64,000 bases of DNA. It comes from Octopus sinensis. Lineage: Eukaryota. The notes under the pieces were generated by a model that had not been told where the DNA came from, made no database searches, and saw only the letters and a list, made by a program, of their open reading frames with translations. The stretch lies in the NCBI RefSeq assembly GCF_006345805.1, contig NC_043014.1, positions 55,118,001 to 55,182,000 on the forward strand, in the 5' to 3' direction. Below, piece by piece: positions 37,861-50,430 of this stretch (its first letter is position 1; every line of letters starts with the position of its first letter). The translations under genes were made by a program, and so were the position numbers.

Positions 37861-39469
37861 TGGATGAAAGAGTAATGATTTGCTTTTTTCTCATTTATTT
37901 TTCTCTTTATTTTTATCATTGTTTTTTTTTTTTTTATCCGTGTTTGATATTTGAAGACAGATAAAAACATGTAAATAAGTGAGAAAAGAAAACGAAGATC
38001 ACCTTGTTTGCAAGAGAGTGGTGGAGTTAAAAGCAGGCGCTGAAACAAGGTAGACAAAGGATATAAAGGTAACACCAACAGACACACACCACACGTATAT
38101 AATAGAAAATCAATAAGGTCAGAGGTTAAAAAACAACAACAACCTGACAATACAGTACAACAATAAATGCTGATAAATATTTCACAACTCCTAGTTTTTG
38201 ATAATTGGAGAGGGAAACAAAAAAACGAATACAAAAGCAAAAAAAATGAAGTAAAACAAGTCGACTATGTTACTTTAGAATTTTGTTTTTGCTCGTGATG
38301 ATGATGATGATTTCAACAGCTAAATGTATGTTTGTGTGTGTGTATTATTCAGTGTCTAAGAGAACCTTCAGAACTTGGCCATAGCCAGCACCGCATCAAC
38401 TGGCCTCCGTGCTGCTGGCATGTAACAAACACCGTCCGATCGTGGCCGTGCCAGCCTTGTCTGGCCTCCGTGCCGGTGGCTCGTAAAAAAGCACCATCCG
38501 AGCATGGCCATTCACCAGCCTCGTCTGGCACCTGTATCGGTGGCACATAAAAAGCACCCACTACACTCACGGAGTTGTTGGCGTTAGGAAGGGCATCCAG
38601 CCGTAGAAACACTGCCAGATCTGAGTGGCCTGGTGCAGCCTTCGGGCTTCCCAGACCCCAGTTGAACTGTCCAACCCATGCTAGCATGGAAAGTGGACGT
38701 TAAACGATGATGATGATGTTGTCCATGCTGGCATGGGTCGGACAGTTTAACAGGAGTTGGCAAACCAAAGAGTGGCACCAGACTCCGGTTGTCTGTTCTG
38801 GCATGGCTCCTGATGCCGACCACTTTTCAGAATGTACCGGGTGCTTTTTTGTGTGGCACCAGCACAGGGGCTTTTTGGTAACATGGTAGGCATGGCATTG
38901 TGGTTGGCATTAGGAAGGGTGTGGCAAAATTGTAGAATCTATGCCAAAGCTGATACTGGAACTTGGTGCTGACCTGTGGCTTGCCAGATCCTGTCGAACC
39001 ATTGGAACCAGCTGCAAAAACAACCATCAAGTGATAATGCTTATATATATGATGATGATGATCATCATCATCATTTAACGTCCGTTTTCCGTGCTAGCAT
39101 GGGTTGGACGGTTTGACTGGGGTCTGGGAAGCCAGGAGGCTGCACCAGGCTCCAGTCTGATCTGGCAGTGTTTCTACAGCTTGATGCCCTTCCTAACGCC
39201 AACCACTCCTTGGGTGTAGTGGGTGCATTTTACATGCTACTGGCACAGGGGCCAGAGGAGGCTGGCAAATGGCCATGATTGGTTGGTGCTTTTACGTGTC
39301 ACTGACACGGACGCCAGTCAGGTGGCATTGGCATCTGCCACGTTCGAACGGTGCTTCTTACGTGTTACCAGCACACGTGTCTTAACTATAATTTCCATTT
39401 GATTTAAATATATAAATTTGAGAATGGATTAGTATTAATGATGTGATTGTAGAATACCAAAAGCATGGG

Positions 39470-39680
39470 ATCTGCTGGGCCAGACATGTTGCGAGGTTTA
39501 CAGACAACAGGTGGACCCATGCAGTTACTGAGTGGCATTTCAAGCGATAAGAAAAGACCACCTGGAAGGCTTCCATAATGATGGGAAGACAATTTAGCTA
39601 ATTTTGGTCAAGGTGGAAAAGAATGGTACAGTCAAGACAGAACTTGGAAGTGCACTGTGATCAGCAGCTGATGGTATTGC
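39470..39680 (+). mobile_element. Decayed RTE-clade LINE 3' fragment
   Basis: WARHVARFTDNRWTHAVTEW, then with a frameshift KRPPGRLP**WEDNL...QDRTWK. This follows the WAGHVAR...RGRP...W...QDR..W pattern of RTE C-termini. Confidence 0.7.
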
Positions 39681-40375
39681 CAACACTGCAATACTGAGAG
39701 AAATACACACACGTTATCATCAACATCACCACTATCAGGCTCATCCTCATCATCCTCATCATCATTGTTGTCATTTCTCTTAAATCTCAATTCTACAACA
39801 CCCTCCACCACCACTACCACCACCATCACCACCACTGCCACCAGTGAGGTCTAAACAGGTCTTTGATTGACATTATATGTTGTTATGTATGTGGAACTGA
39901 AAAAAATAATGTCTGTGTATAATTAACTGCTAAGATCTTGATGTCAATGCCATTAGACACATCAATTAATACCTAATTAATTTAGATCATTTAAATTTCA
40001 TCAAGTATTATACTTAATGAGATGCTTGTACTGTAGATATGGCAAGCTCTCTAGAAAGCCGTGTTTGAAATGGACATGTTTTTTCATTTCTAATTATGTC
40101 AGTTGTTTTATTTGAAGACAGACTTTATGGAGTCACTTGGTCGGCTAGAAATAAATCTGGGAAAGAAAGGAAGAATGCAAAACTCACTGACAGGACTTGA
40201 ACCACTGATCTCCTGCTTGCCAGTCAACCATATTACACTAGAGAACATTTATTCCCCCCCCCCCTCAAAATTAGATACTATAAATTGTATTTTCCTAATA
40301 TTTGATGGCCAACATGAAGACACTGGTGTTTCAAGATCAACTGGGTCTCAGACTTTAAAAAAATATGTGGCTTAA

Positions 40376-40595
40376 CCCTTTCGTTACTATATTTCTGTTG
40401 AGATGCTCTGTGTTTCTTCCAATTATTTTAAATATAAGAAAGAATTTAGTAAAATAACATCGTTATCATTGGCTAGTGTTAGGAACATAAATTGTGACTA
40501 AGATTTGGTGGAAATTTTGAATTCAAAACTTATGAAAACAAGACATTTATACTAAAGAGTCAGAGCCAGTTTCAGCCGGGTTAGTAACGAAAGGG
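40376..40595 (+). mobile_element. piggyBac-type MITE (220 bp)
   Basis: TTAA|CCCTTTCGTTAC ... GTAACGAAAGGG|TTGA: terminal inverted repeats with a TTAA-type target. Confidence 0.8.
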
Positions 40596-40884
40596 TTGAT
40601 CCCAGGAGGAAGGACAGTATCCATGACCTTATCCAGCTTCTGGGATTGGTGGGGAGGAGAAAAGTGAATAAGAGACCCTAACTGAAATGCTGGGGGTAGA
40701 AAGAATCGATACAGGAAGATACTGGGTCAGCCTCGCAGTAGGGATCTGATCCAATGATTGCATGGGAGAGGAGTTTGCTCAAAGACATTCAACAACCAGG
40801 CAGTGGTGGGGTTTGGTTTGTCGAAGCAGAGTTGAAACAAGGCAAGACAATAATTACACACACACACACAAAATCAATGAAATT

Positions 40885-41200
40885 TGGCAGTCTGTTGGTT
40901 GCGACAATGAGGGTTCCAGTTCATCTGATCAACGGAAGAACCTGCTTGTGAAATTAACGTGGAAGTGGCTGAGTACTTTACAGACACGTGTACCCTTAAT
41001 GCAATTCTCAGGGAGAGTCAGTGTGACCAGTGAGTGTGACGAGGCTGGCCCTTTGAAGTACAGGTACTACTCATGTTTTGCCAGCTGAGTGGACTGGAGC
41101 AATGTGAAATAAAGTATCTTGCTCAAGGACACAATGCACCTCTAAGAATCAAATCCATGACTGAACAATTGTGAGCTGACTACCCTAACCACTGAGCAAC
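40885..41200 (-). mobile_element. Further tRNA-derived SINE family with CORE-like centre
   Basis: Minus-strand head gtgttgctcagtggttagggtagtcagctc (A-box-like), then ttgtgtccttgagcaag (CORE-like). Confidence 0.6.
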
Positions 41201-42010
41201 ACAAGAGAGACAGAGAGAGAGAAAGAGAGTGTGTGTGTGTGTGTGTGTGTGTGTAAGTGTAAATTTATCTTAACTGATACAAATGATTACAAATATTTGA
41301 GGGTAGCAACATACCCGACATACCCTATCAACTATATAAATAAAATACAAGTGCACTGCTTCATATAAACACACACACACACACACACACACTCACACCT
41401 GAATTGGTCCTTTCACAAATGTTAGCTGCTGTTGTGAGGCTAATGTTTAATTATAGATTCTGTCAGAGTGAAATGGCTGTGAGAGGATTTCTTCTCATAA
41501 AATGACTGCCACGTTGTGTTAATAAGTGCCACTGTTACCTGTCCTAACAGTTACGTAAACTGAACCATCATCATCACCGTTTTACTGTCCATTTTCCATG
41601 CTGGCATGGGTTGGACAGTTTGACTGAGGGCTGGCAAGCCAGAAGGCTGTACCAAGCAAGGTTTCCTAACGCCAACCACTTCGAGAGTGTGGTGGGTGCT
41701 TTTACGTGCTACTGGCATGGGAGCCAGTCAGGTGCTTCTGGCCTCAGTCACATTTGGATGGTGCTTTTTATGTGCCACCGGAATGAGGAACCAGTCAAGC
41801 GGCACTGGCAACAACCCTTGCATTAATGGTACTTATTGTGTGCCACTAGCAGAGGAGCCAGTCAGGCGGCACGGGCAACGACCCTTGCATGAATGGTACT
41901 TATTGTAAGCTTCCAAATTCAAAGTGATCTAAACTAAAACCTTCATCAAAATTCCATGTTAATTCATGCCCCGAACACTAGCTTCTTATTGGCAGAGTTA
42001 TTTTACTAAA

Positions 42011-42409
42011 TCTTTATAAATAAAAGTGAAGTTGTGTGTCTGTCTCCTACGATTTAGATTCCTAACTACTCCCACATTTTGCGGTGCAGTTTAACCAAAA
42101 CCGGGTATCTTATAGTCGTGATTCATATTGAGCCCTTCTGGGTATTAGTGCGCGTCTACGATGAGTCTACAATTTAAAAAAAAATTTACCATAATTTTTT
42201 TTCCATTTTAATGCATTTTGTTCGCTATTATATAAGGGAAGTAACTCTCTAAAAATGTCTACGATGAGTCAACGATTTAAAAAAAAATTTACCATAATTT
42301 TTTTCCATTTTTAATGCATTTTTTTGCTATTTTTTGGCTATAACTCTCTAAAAATGCTTATATAGTTATTTCCCTTACAAACCCGAGCAACGCCGGGCGA
42401 TACTGCTAG
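42011..42409 (+). mobile_element. Non-autonomous Helitron nested in a piggyBac-type MITE remnant
   Basis: Near-identical to 29827-30231 (TC...CTAG). The flanks 41915-42010 and 42410-42484 continue the MITE on the minus strand. Confidence 0.85.
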
Positions 42410-42716
42410 CTCTTTATAATTTCCAAAACGAATTGAAACAAAAGCAGTGGATTTCTATAGAAATATGGTAACAAAAGACTTAATGCTTTTACTGTAATTA
42501 CGAGTGTTATCAGTGGACACTTCAAGACAAAAAAAAAAAAATTAAAAGGAACCATATCCAGCATCTTTTAATGATACAGATTAAAATAAGCTCAAAACAC
42601 AGAATCTCATTAACGACTTCCACTAATTTCTTCATTGCAGTTTTGGTTTTATGACAAATTAACAATAATAAGTAGAGTCTTATAGTTGCGTCTTCATTTT
42701 CAATTTTACAGACATA

Positions 42717-43011
42717 TCTTTATAAAAGTCAAGTTGTGTGTCTGTCTCCTATGATTTAGATTCCTAACTACTCCCACATTTTGTGGTGCAGTTTAACCAA
42801 AACCAGGTATCTTATAGTCGTGATTCATATCGAGCCCTTCTGGGTATTAGTGCGCGTCTACGATGAGTCTACGATTTAAAAAAAAAATTACCATCATTTT
42901 CCCCCATTTTTAATGCATTTTTTTGCTATTATATAAGGGAAGTAACTCTCTAAAAATGCTTATATAGTTATTTCCCTTACAAACCCGAGCAACGCCGGGC
43001 GATACTGCTAT
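42717..43011 (+). mobile_element. Non-autonomous Helitron, internally deleted
   Basis: Same family, lacking one internal repeat block; ends gatactgctat. Confidence 0.8.
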
Positions 43012-43069
43012 TGTATGTATACAATCAATTTCAGTCTATATATATTCTAGGTTTTCACTATCATTATTA

Positions 43070-43545
43070 TCATCATCATTATCGTTAAACGTCTGCTTTC
43101 CATGCTAGCATGGGTTGGACGATTTTGACTGAGGGTTGGCGAACCAGACGGCCGCACCAGACTCCAATCTTGATCTGGTAGAGTTTCTACAACTGGATGC
43201 CCTTTCTAACGCCAATCACTTTGAGAGTGTCGTGGGTGTTTTTACGTGCCACCAGCATGGGGGCCAGTCAGGCGGTACTGGCAATGACCTCGCTCGAATC
43301 TTTTTACACATGCCACCGGCACAGGTGCCAGTAAGGCGACGTTCGTAACGATCATGCTCAAATGGTGTCCTTTTACGTTCCACTGGCACGGAAGCCAGTT
43401 GGCTGCTCTGGCAATGATCACGCTTGGATGGTACTCTTGGCACCCTACTAGCATAGGCTTGAGTGCCAGTAAGGCGACGCTGGTAATGATCACACTTGAA
43501 TGGTGCCTTTTTATGTGCCCCTGGCATGGAAGCCGGTTGAAAATA
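43070..43545 (-). mobile_element. SINE family C, older variant
   Basis: (CAT)n then aaacgtctgctttccatgctagc..., conserved body and several diverged internal units. Confidence 0.75.
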
Positions 43546-45794
43546 TATATTTAAATCATCATCATCATCATTAATATTATTATTAAGGCAGAAGTAGCCG
43601 ATTGGCAGAATCATTAAAGCTTCAGATAAAATGCCTTGCAGCTTCTAGTTATGAATCCTTATGTTTCTGAGTTCAAGTCCCACTCAGGTCAAGTTTGCCC
43701 TTCATTCCTCCAGGATCAATAAAATAAAGGACCAGTTAAGTACTGGGGTCAGTGTTATCAACCAGCCCGCACCCTGCAAATTTCAGGCACTGTACCTCAA
43801 TTAGAAACAATTATTATTATTATTATTATTATTAAGGCAGCAAGCTGGTAGAATTGTCAGCACACAAGACAAAGTGCTAAGTGGTATTTCGTCCGTCTTT
43901 TTACATTCTGGGTTCAAATTCTTCTGAGGTCATCTTTGCCTTTAGGATTTCATAAAATAAGTGTCAGTCGAGCAATGGGGTCATTGTAATCAACTTACCC
44001 CTCCCCTCAAAAACTACTGGCCCTCTGCCAAAATTCAAAACCATTATTGGCATTATTATTATTAATCACAAGTGCACTCTGTATCTATCACAGAGAAAGA
44101 AGGCAGTGACCGGGCAGAACCATTAGCAGAGTGGACGAAATGCTTCATCGCATTTTGTCCATCTCTGTGTTCTGGGTTCAAATTCAGCTGAGGTTGACCT
44201 TGTCTTTCATCTTTTCAGGGTCGATAAAATAAGTAGCAGTTCATTCCACAGGGGCAATGTAAACCCCTAACACTCCTCTTTCACAAATTTCAGGCCTTGT
44301 GCCAGTAGAACCCCCTCTCCCCACCCCAAAAAACCCCAGGTTATCAGGCACAAAGGTAAAAATAGATTCTTGGAATCGAGGGAACTATGTCAAGTACATC
44401 TTCGCATTCTGTAGCTGGAATCTTTTATCTTGTTTTTATCAACTCATCCTGGCATCAAAACTGAAATCATCATCGTCATTGTCATCAGCATCATCTAACG
44501 TCCATTTCTCATGCTGGCATGGGTCGGACAATTCGCGGAACAATGGGAACAATTCAGTGACTGATTGAAACGTGAATTAAGTCTTTACCAAAAAAGCTGC
44601 TGCACTTAATGTCAGTCACAACACACACACACACACAGAGCAGTTCCTGACAATAATGGTCTTTCTCTTGCTGCTGCTACAAAGGATTATTTCTTTAATT
44701 CCAAACTAAGCGGCAAGACTGAGTGATTGTGTGATTGTTGCTGCTGTTGTTTAGCCCTAGGTCAGCCCGGACAGAACAGACCTATTATCAACGGTGTTCT
44801 GGCTGCAATCATTCAGTTTTTATTTTTCTTCTGGGAACAGTGCATCTAGGATCACATTATTGAATGCTGGAGTACTGCCCTTAGTTGAACAAATCGACCC
44901 CAGGATTAGGGTTAGGGTCGATTTGTTCGACTAAAGGCGGTACTCCAGCATGGTCGCAGTCAAATGACTGAAAAAATAGAATATATATATGAATGCATGT
45001 ACGTATGTGTGTGTGTCTGTGTTTGTCCTCACCACCACCACCACCACTACACAGCTGGTGTTGGTGTGTTTACACTCCCATAACTTAGCAGTTCAACAAC
45101 AGACACCGATAAAATAAAAGAACTAGGTTAAAAAGTAAAAAGTCCTGGGGTCGATTCATGTGACTGACATTAGTCCTGAACCGGAAACCCTGTGGTTGGG
45201 CAGTAAACTTGTTACCCCACAGCCACCCCCGTGCTTGTGTTGAGGAACACAGTTCTGTTTGTATGGACACTGCTCCAGGTAAGCTCTTGCTTAAGTATTT
45301 TTCCTACCTATTATTTGCTGCAACTGTTTGGTTCTTCCACCTGTGCACCATCCTAACCTACACCAGAAAAACTTTTTTTTATCTCGGCAAAGGTATAATT
45401 TAAAATTCCTTTCCTAAAAATAAGTACGTAGACTTTAAAACAGAGAGGAATGTTGAAATCTATAATTATCAAATAAAAATAACTCTGACTTGAGTAGTAG
45501 ATAGAAGAATAAAAAGGAAAGGAAAAATAATTTAAAGATATGCAAAAAAAAAAACAAAAAAGAAAAGAAACACTGCCACAAAAAGATATTTGAAAAATAA
45601 AAAGTTAGGTTTTTTAATGGGTGGGTCGGAGAATCTAATTTGCTCTAAACTAAAAAGGTTATTATTATTATTATTATTGTTGTGGCAGCAAGTTGGCAGA
45701 ATTGTTAGTATGCCATACAAAATGCTTAACAGCATTTCTTCAAGCTGAATATTAACAATAATCCATTGTTTACTGACTAGAAGGGTCTCATAAA

Positions 45795-46200
45795 ATACTC
45801 TTACTCTTTACTTTGTTACTTGTTTCAATCTTTTGACTGCGGCCATGCTGGAGCATCGCCTTTTAGTCGAGCAACTCGACCCCGGGACTTATTCTTTTGT
45901 AAGCCCAGTACTTATTCTATCGGTCTCTTTTGCCGAACCGCTAATGATGGGGACGTAAACACACCAACATCGGTTGTCAAGCAATGCTAGAGGGACAAAC
46001 ACAGACACACAAACACACACACATACATATATATATATACATATATACGACAGGCTTCTTTCAGTTTCCGTCTACCAAATCCACTCACAAGGCTTTGGTC
46101 AGCCCAAGGCTATAGTAGAAGGCACTCACCCAAGGTGCCACGCAGTGGGACTGAACCCGGAACCATGTGGTTGGTAAGCAAGCTACTTACCACACAGCCA
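45795..46200 (-). mobile_element. SINE family B, near full length
   Basis: tactcttactcttttac tail through ...cttaccacacagcca head. Confidence 0.88.
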
Positions 46201-47968
46201 CATCCAAAACATTTCATACTAGATGTGTTAAAATATGAAATGGAAGGCAACCACTTTGGTGTAGGAAGCACCACTCATAGAGAATCAGGAACACTGCAAG
46301 ACACTGTCCACTGAACACCCTAGGCTGGTGAACAGCCCTGACTGCAATCTCCGAGGAGAATTAAAGGGTAAAGATTATTTGACAATATAACATGGCAGTC
46401 CTGGTTTAGTACGAATGCGGCTGTAATTTAGCCCCAGAATTAAAGGGGTAGCCCCCCTCTCACATGCACCAATTTTACTATTTTTCCTAGCTTTTGTCAC
46501 AAAGTGCAAGGGAGCAGCCCCCACTCAGGTGATGGGAAGATCATAGCCTTGAGAGCTGCATGACCTCCTCACTGGTGTTGGTACCCTGAAAAAAAGTACC
46601 CAGCGCATATTGTAAAGTGATTGGTGTCAGGAAGGGTGTCTAGCTATAGAAACAATGCCAAAGAAGACATTGGTAATGTGATGCAGTCTTCAGACCCGTC
46701 AGATCCTGTCAAGTCGACCAACCCATGACAGCATGGATGCTAAAAGATGATAATGGCAATGGTTAGGACTAATCACCCAACCATGTGGTCCCACTTTCTA
46801 AGCCACAGTTGGATAACATAGAAAGATGGGGTTACAACCAGCAACAATGTGCTGAGGTTGCATTGAGCAGTAGACTTAGTATGGTTCATCATCATCATCG
46901 TTTAACGTCCGTTTTCCATGCTAGCATGGGTTGGATGATTCGACCGGGGTCTGGGAAGCCAGGAGGCTGCACCAGGCACCAGTCTGATCTGGCAGTGTTT
47001 CTACAGCTGGATGCCCTTCCTAATGCCAACCACTCCGTGAGTGTAGTGGGTGCTTTTTACGTGCCACCGGCACAGGGGCCAGATGAGGCTGGCAAATGGC
47101 CACGATCGGTTGGTGCTTTTACGTGTCACTGACACGGACGCCAGTCAGGCGGCGCTGACAACTGCCACATTCGGATGGCTGGAGAATACAACTGATAACA
47201 ACAACAAGAGATTCATTTTGGTGTAAGAAATGGCTACAACAGGAGAAAGCAGGACGTATTCTTTTGAGACAATTTCTGTCTAAACAGAAAAAAGAAGGAA
47301 ATAGAAATAATGAATGAATGAAAGAAGATGAAAACGTTGGCATAGCTGTGTGGTAAGGAAGCTTGCTGTCTAGCCCCATGGTTTCAGGTTCAGTACCAGG
47401 GCATGGCACCTTGGGCAAATGTCTTCTTCTATAGCCCTAGGCCAACCAATGCATTGTGAGTGAATTTGGTAGATGGAAACTGTGTAGAAGCTCATTGTGT
47501 GTGTGTGTGTGTGTACTTGTATGGAGAGCTTGTCTGTGTGTCCCCACACCATCTGACAACTAGTGTTGTTGTCTTCTGTCTTATTACAGCTGGTAACTTA
47601 ACAGTTTCACAACAGAGACTGACAAAATAAATTCCAGACTTAAAGAGAATAAGAACAGAGACCAATTTGTTCGACTAAACCCTTGAAGGTGGTGCCCCAG
47701 AATGGCCGTGGCCCAATGATTGAAACAAACAAAATACAAGAAGAATACTTAGACTCATTCCAAGACCACAAGAACAACCCTGTTCGTTAATCTTCGTTAA
47801 GTGATAAACAGAAATCACCACAACAGCAAAGATGTTCTATTTACCAATGGAGATTGCAAGTTTTTATAAACAGGTTGCACACAAGATAACTGAAGAGATT
47901 TTCTGCCTCAGACTACAAAAATTACTTCTTTCACACTTACAGACATATTCAGACAGGTCATTTTTTAA

Positions 47969-48190
47969 CCCTTTTGATACCAATCCAGCTGAAACCACCT
48001 CTGGCTCTGTAATACAAATGTCTTGTTTTCAAAAGTTTTGAATTAAAATCTTCCACCAAACCTTAGTCACAATTTATGTTCCTGACACTAGCTGAATGAT
48101 AACCAAGTTATTTTACTAAATTCTTTGTTATATTTAAAATCAATTAAAAGAAACACAGAGCATCTCAACAGAAATATGGTAACGAAAGGG
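47969..48190 (-). mobile_element. piggyBac-type MITE (222 bp)
   Basis: TTAA|CCCTTT ... AAAGGG|TTAA with intact TTAA on both sides; reverse-complement match to 40376-40595. Confidence 0.85.
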
Positions 48191-48557
48191 TTAAACTGCC
48201 TTGTTACATGTTAGTATAAAGGTATGTATATTTATGTATTTATATTTGTAGCAGTGAATAAGTTTAAGCCCCAATGGCTCTATATATACCCAGGTTTTTG
48301 TCACTTACTCCGTCCTCTTTAATCACACTTCCTTCGCAATATCTTGCCACTTATATTATGGCGTTTGAACCTCAAGGGTATACCCTGGCACTTGCCACCC
48401 TCTAGATCTCCCTTTCGTTTTCTCTCATTCTCTTTTTTCTTTACTCAGAACCTAGCAACGGGCGAAATACTGCTAAGCATTTCGCCCAGCGTGCTAATGA
48501 TTCTGACAGCTCACCATCATAATAATAATAATAATGATAATAATAATAATAATAATA

Positions 48558-48742
48558 AATTGAAAAAATGTGGCATCTCAAGGCGACTACAGTACCAGTG
48601 ATTGTAGGATCTCTAGGAATGATAAAAAAAGGTACTGAAACCTATTTGAAAATGATACCAGGCTTACTATCCCTACAGGAAGTGCCAAAAAATCATGTTA
48701 ACTGGAACGGCTCATGTACTGAGAAGAGCATTATTGCTGTGA
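48558..48742 (+). mobile_element. 3' fragment of an RLE-type (R4/Dong-like) LINE
   Basis: IEKMWHLKATTVPVIVGSLGMIKKGTETYLKMIPG, then with a frameshift QKIMLTGTAHVLRRAL. This matches the VPxxxGALG...QKxxLLGTAHILR C-terminal motif. Confidence 0.75.
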
Positions 48743-50007
48743 AAGTAACATCCATTCATGAATTTATTTATTTATTAATTTTCAAATACATATTTTATCT
48801 GTGAATGTGCGCGTGTAATCTGGGAATGCATACAATGCCCTTCTCTGCCCTAGGTGTATGGAAAAGACTCGGCGAGAAACGGAAGAAAATTTGAAGAAAG
48901 AAGGAAAAAAACATCATAATAATAATAATAATAATGTCAGGCTAAATGGGCAGTAAAAGCACAAACAAATGAAACAGCAAAACCAGTGTTTGTGTGTATT
49001 TATTTATTTATTTATCTTCGGCTATCTAGCTTTAATTACAATAATTATCTTTTGATTAAATTGCCTCGACATAGGCATATTCCAGAAACTAGCAAAGGTA
49101 CAATCTAGAAGCATTGTTGGGACATTCTCACACAGGACGTTTGTTAACTTTGAATATATTTTCGTAAAGCCTCAACATTCTCTGTTCACCTTGAACGTCC
49201 TTGTTGAACCTGAATAGATTTTCCCGGTGAACATAAACAAGAACACGTTTGTTAAACATGAACAGCCTGATTAACCTGTGACACTTCAAAGCATGTACTC
49301 CAAGATATCTTTTATCTTGTTTCATTCAGTCATTAGGACCGTGGCCATGCTGGGGCACCACTCTGAAGAATTTTAGTTGAATGAATCAACTTCAGGACTT
49401 CCTTTTTTTTTTTCATTTATTTTTTTTTAAAGTCTGGCATTTATTTTATTGGTCTCTCTAAACGAATCATTAACTTAAAGGATGCAAACAAACCAACACC
49501 AGTTGTCAAGTGGTGGTGGTGGTGGGAGACAAACACAGATGCAAAGACAGGCAAACACACATATGACTTGCTTCTTTCAGTTTCTGTCTACCAAATCCAC
49601 TCACAAGGCTTTAGTCAGCCTGTGGCTATAATAAAAGATAATTACCCAAGACGCCATGTAGTAGGATTGAACCTAGAACCATGTGGTTGAGAAGCAAACT
49701 TCTTATTTCTTTATGGTCCACAAGGGGCTAAACATTGACGAGACAGACAAAGGGATTAAGTCGATTGCATTGACCCCAGTGCGTAACTGGTACTTAATTT
49801 ATTGACCCCAAAAGGATGAAAGGCAAAGTCGACCACGGCGGAATTTGAACTCAGAACGTAACGGCAGATGAAATACCGCTAAGCATTTCTCCACTTCCTC
49901 GCCATCCAACCCATTTGATGGATTTCTTAAACCAGGATTTATTTTCTGAGGAGGGAAATGTCTAACCACAGGACAAAGCTTTCATGACAAAACATTCATT
50001 TACCAGA

Positions 50008-50430
50008 AATGATAATAATGATGTCAGTAGTGATGATGGTGATGACGATAATGATGACAACGATAATAATGACAATGATGATGACGACGATGATGATGAC
50101 GACAACGATGATGATAATGACGATGATGATAATGATGATGATGATGATGTCCATGGTGGTGATGACATCAGTAATGATGATGACGACGATGATGATGACG
50201 ATGATGATGATAATGACGATGATGATAATGACGATGATGATGATGATGTCCATGGTGGTGATGACATCAGTGATGATGATGATGATGATGGCCATGGGGG
50301 TGATGACGACGTCTACAATGATATCAGTAGTAGCAGTCATGACGGCGTAAGTGACAGTGGTGACCTTGAAGGTGATGACAAAGGTGGTGGGAGTAGTGAG
50401 GACGATGACAATGATGATGATGACGATAAT
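50008..50430. repeat. Degenerate (GAT/GAC/AAT)n repeat with an internal ~99-bp duplication
   Basis: gtccatggtggtgatgacatcagt recurs near 50148 and 50247; gives the Asp/Met/Ser-rich ORFs. Confidence 0.9.
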
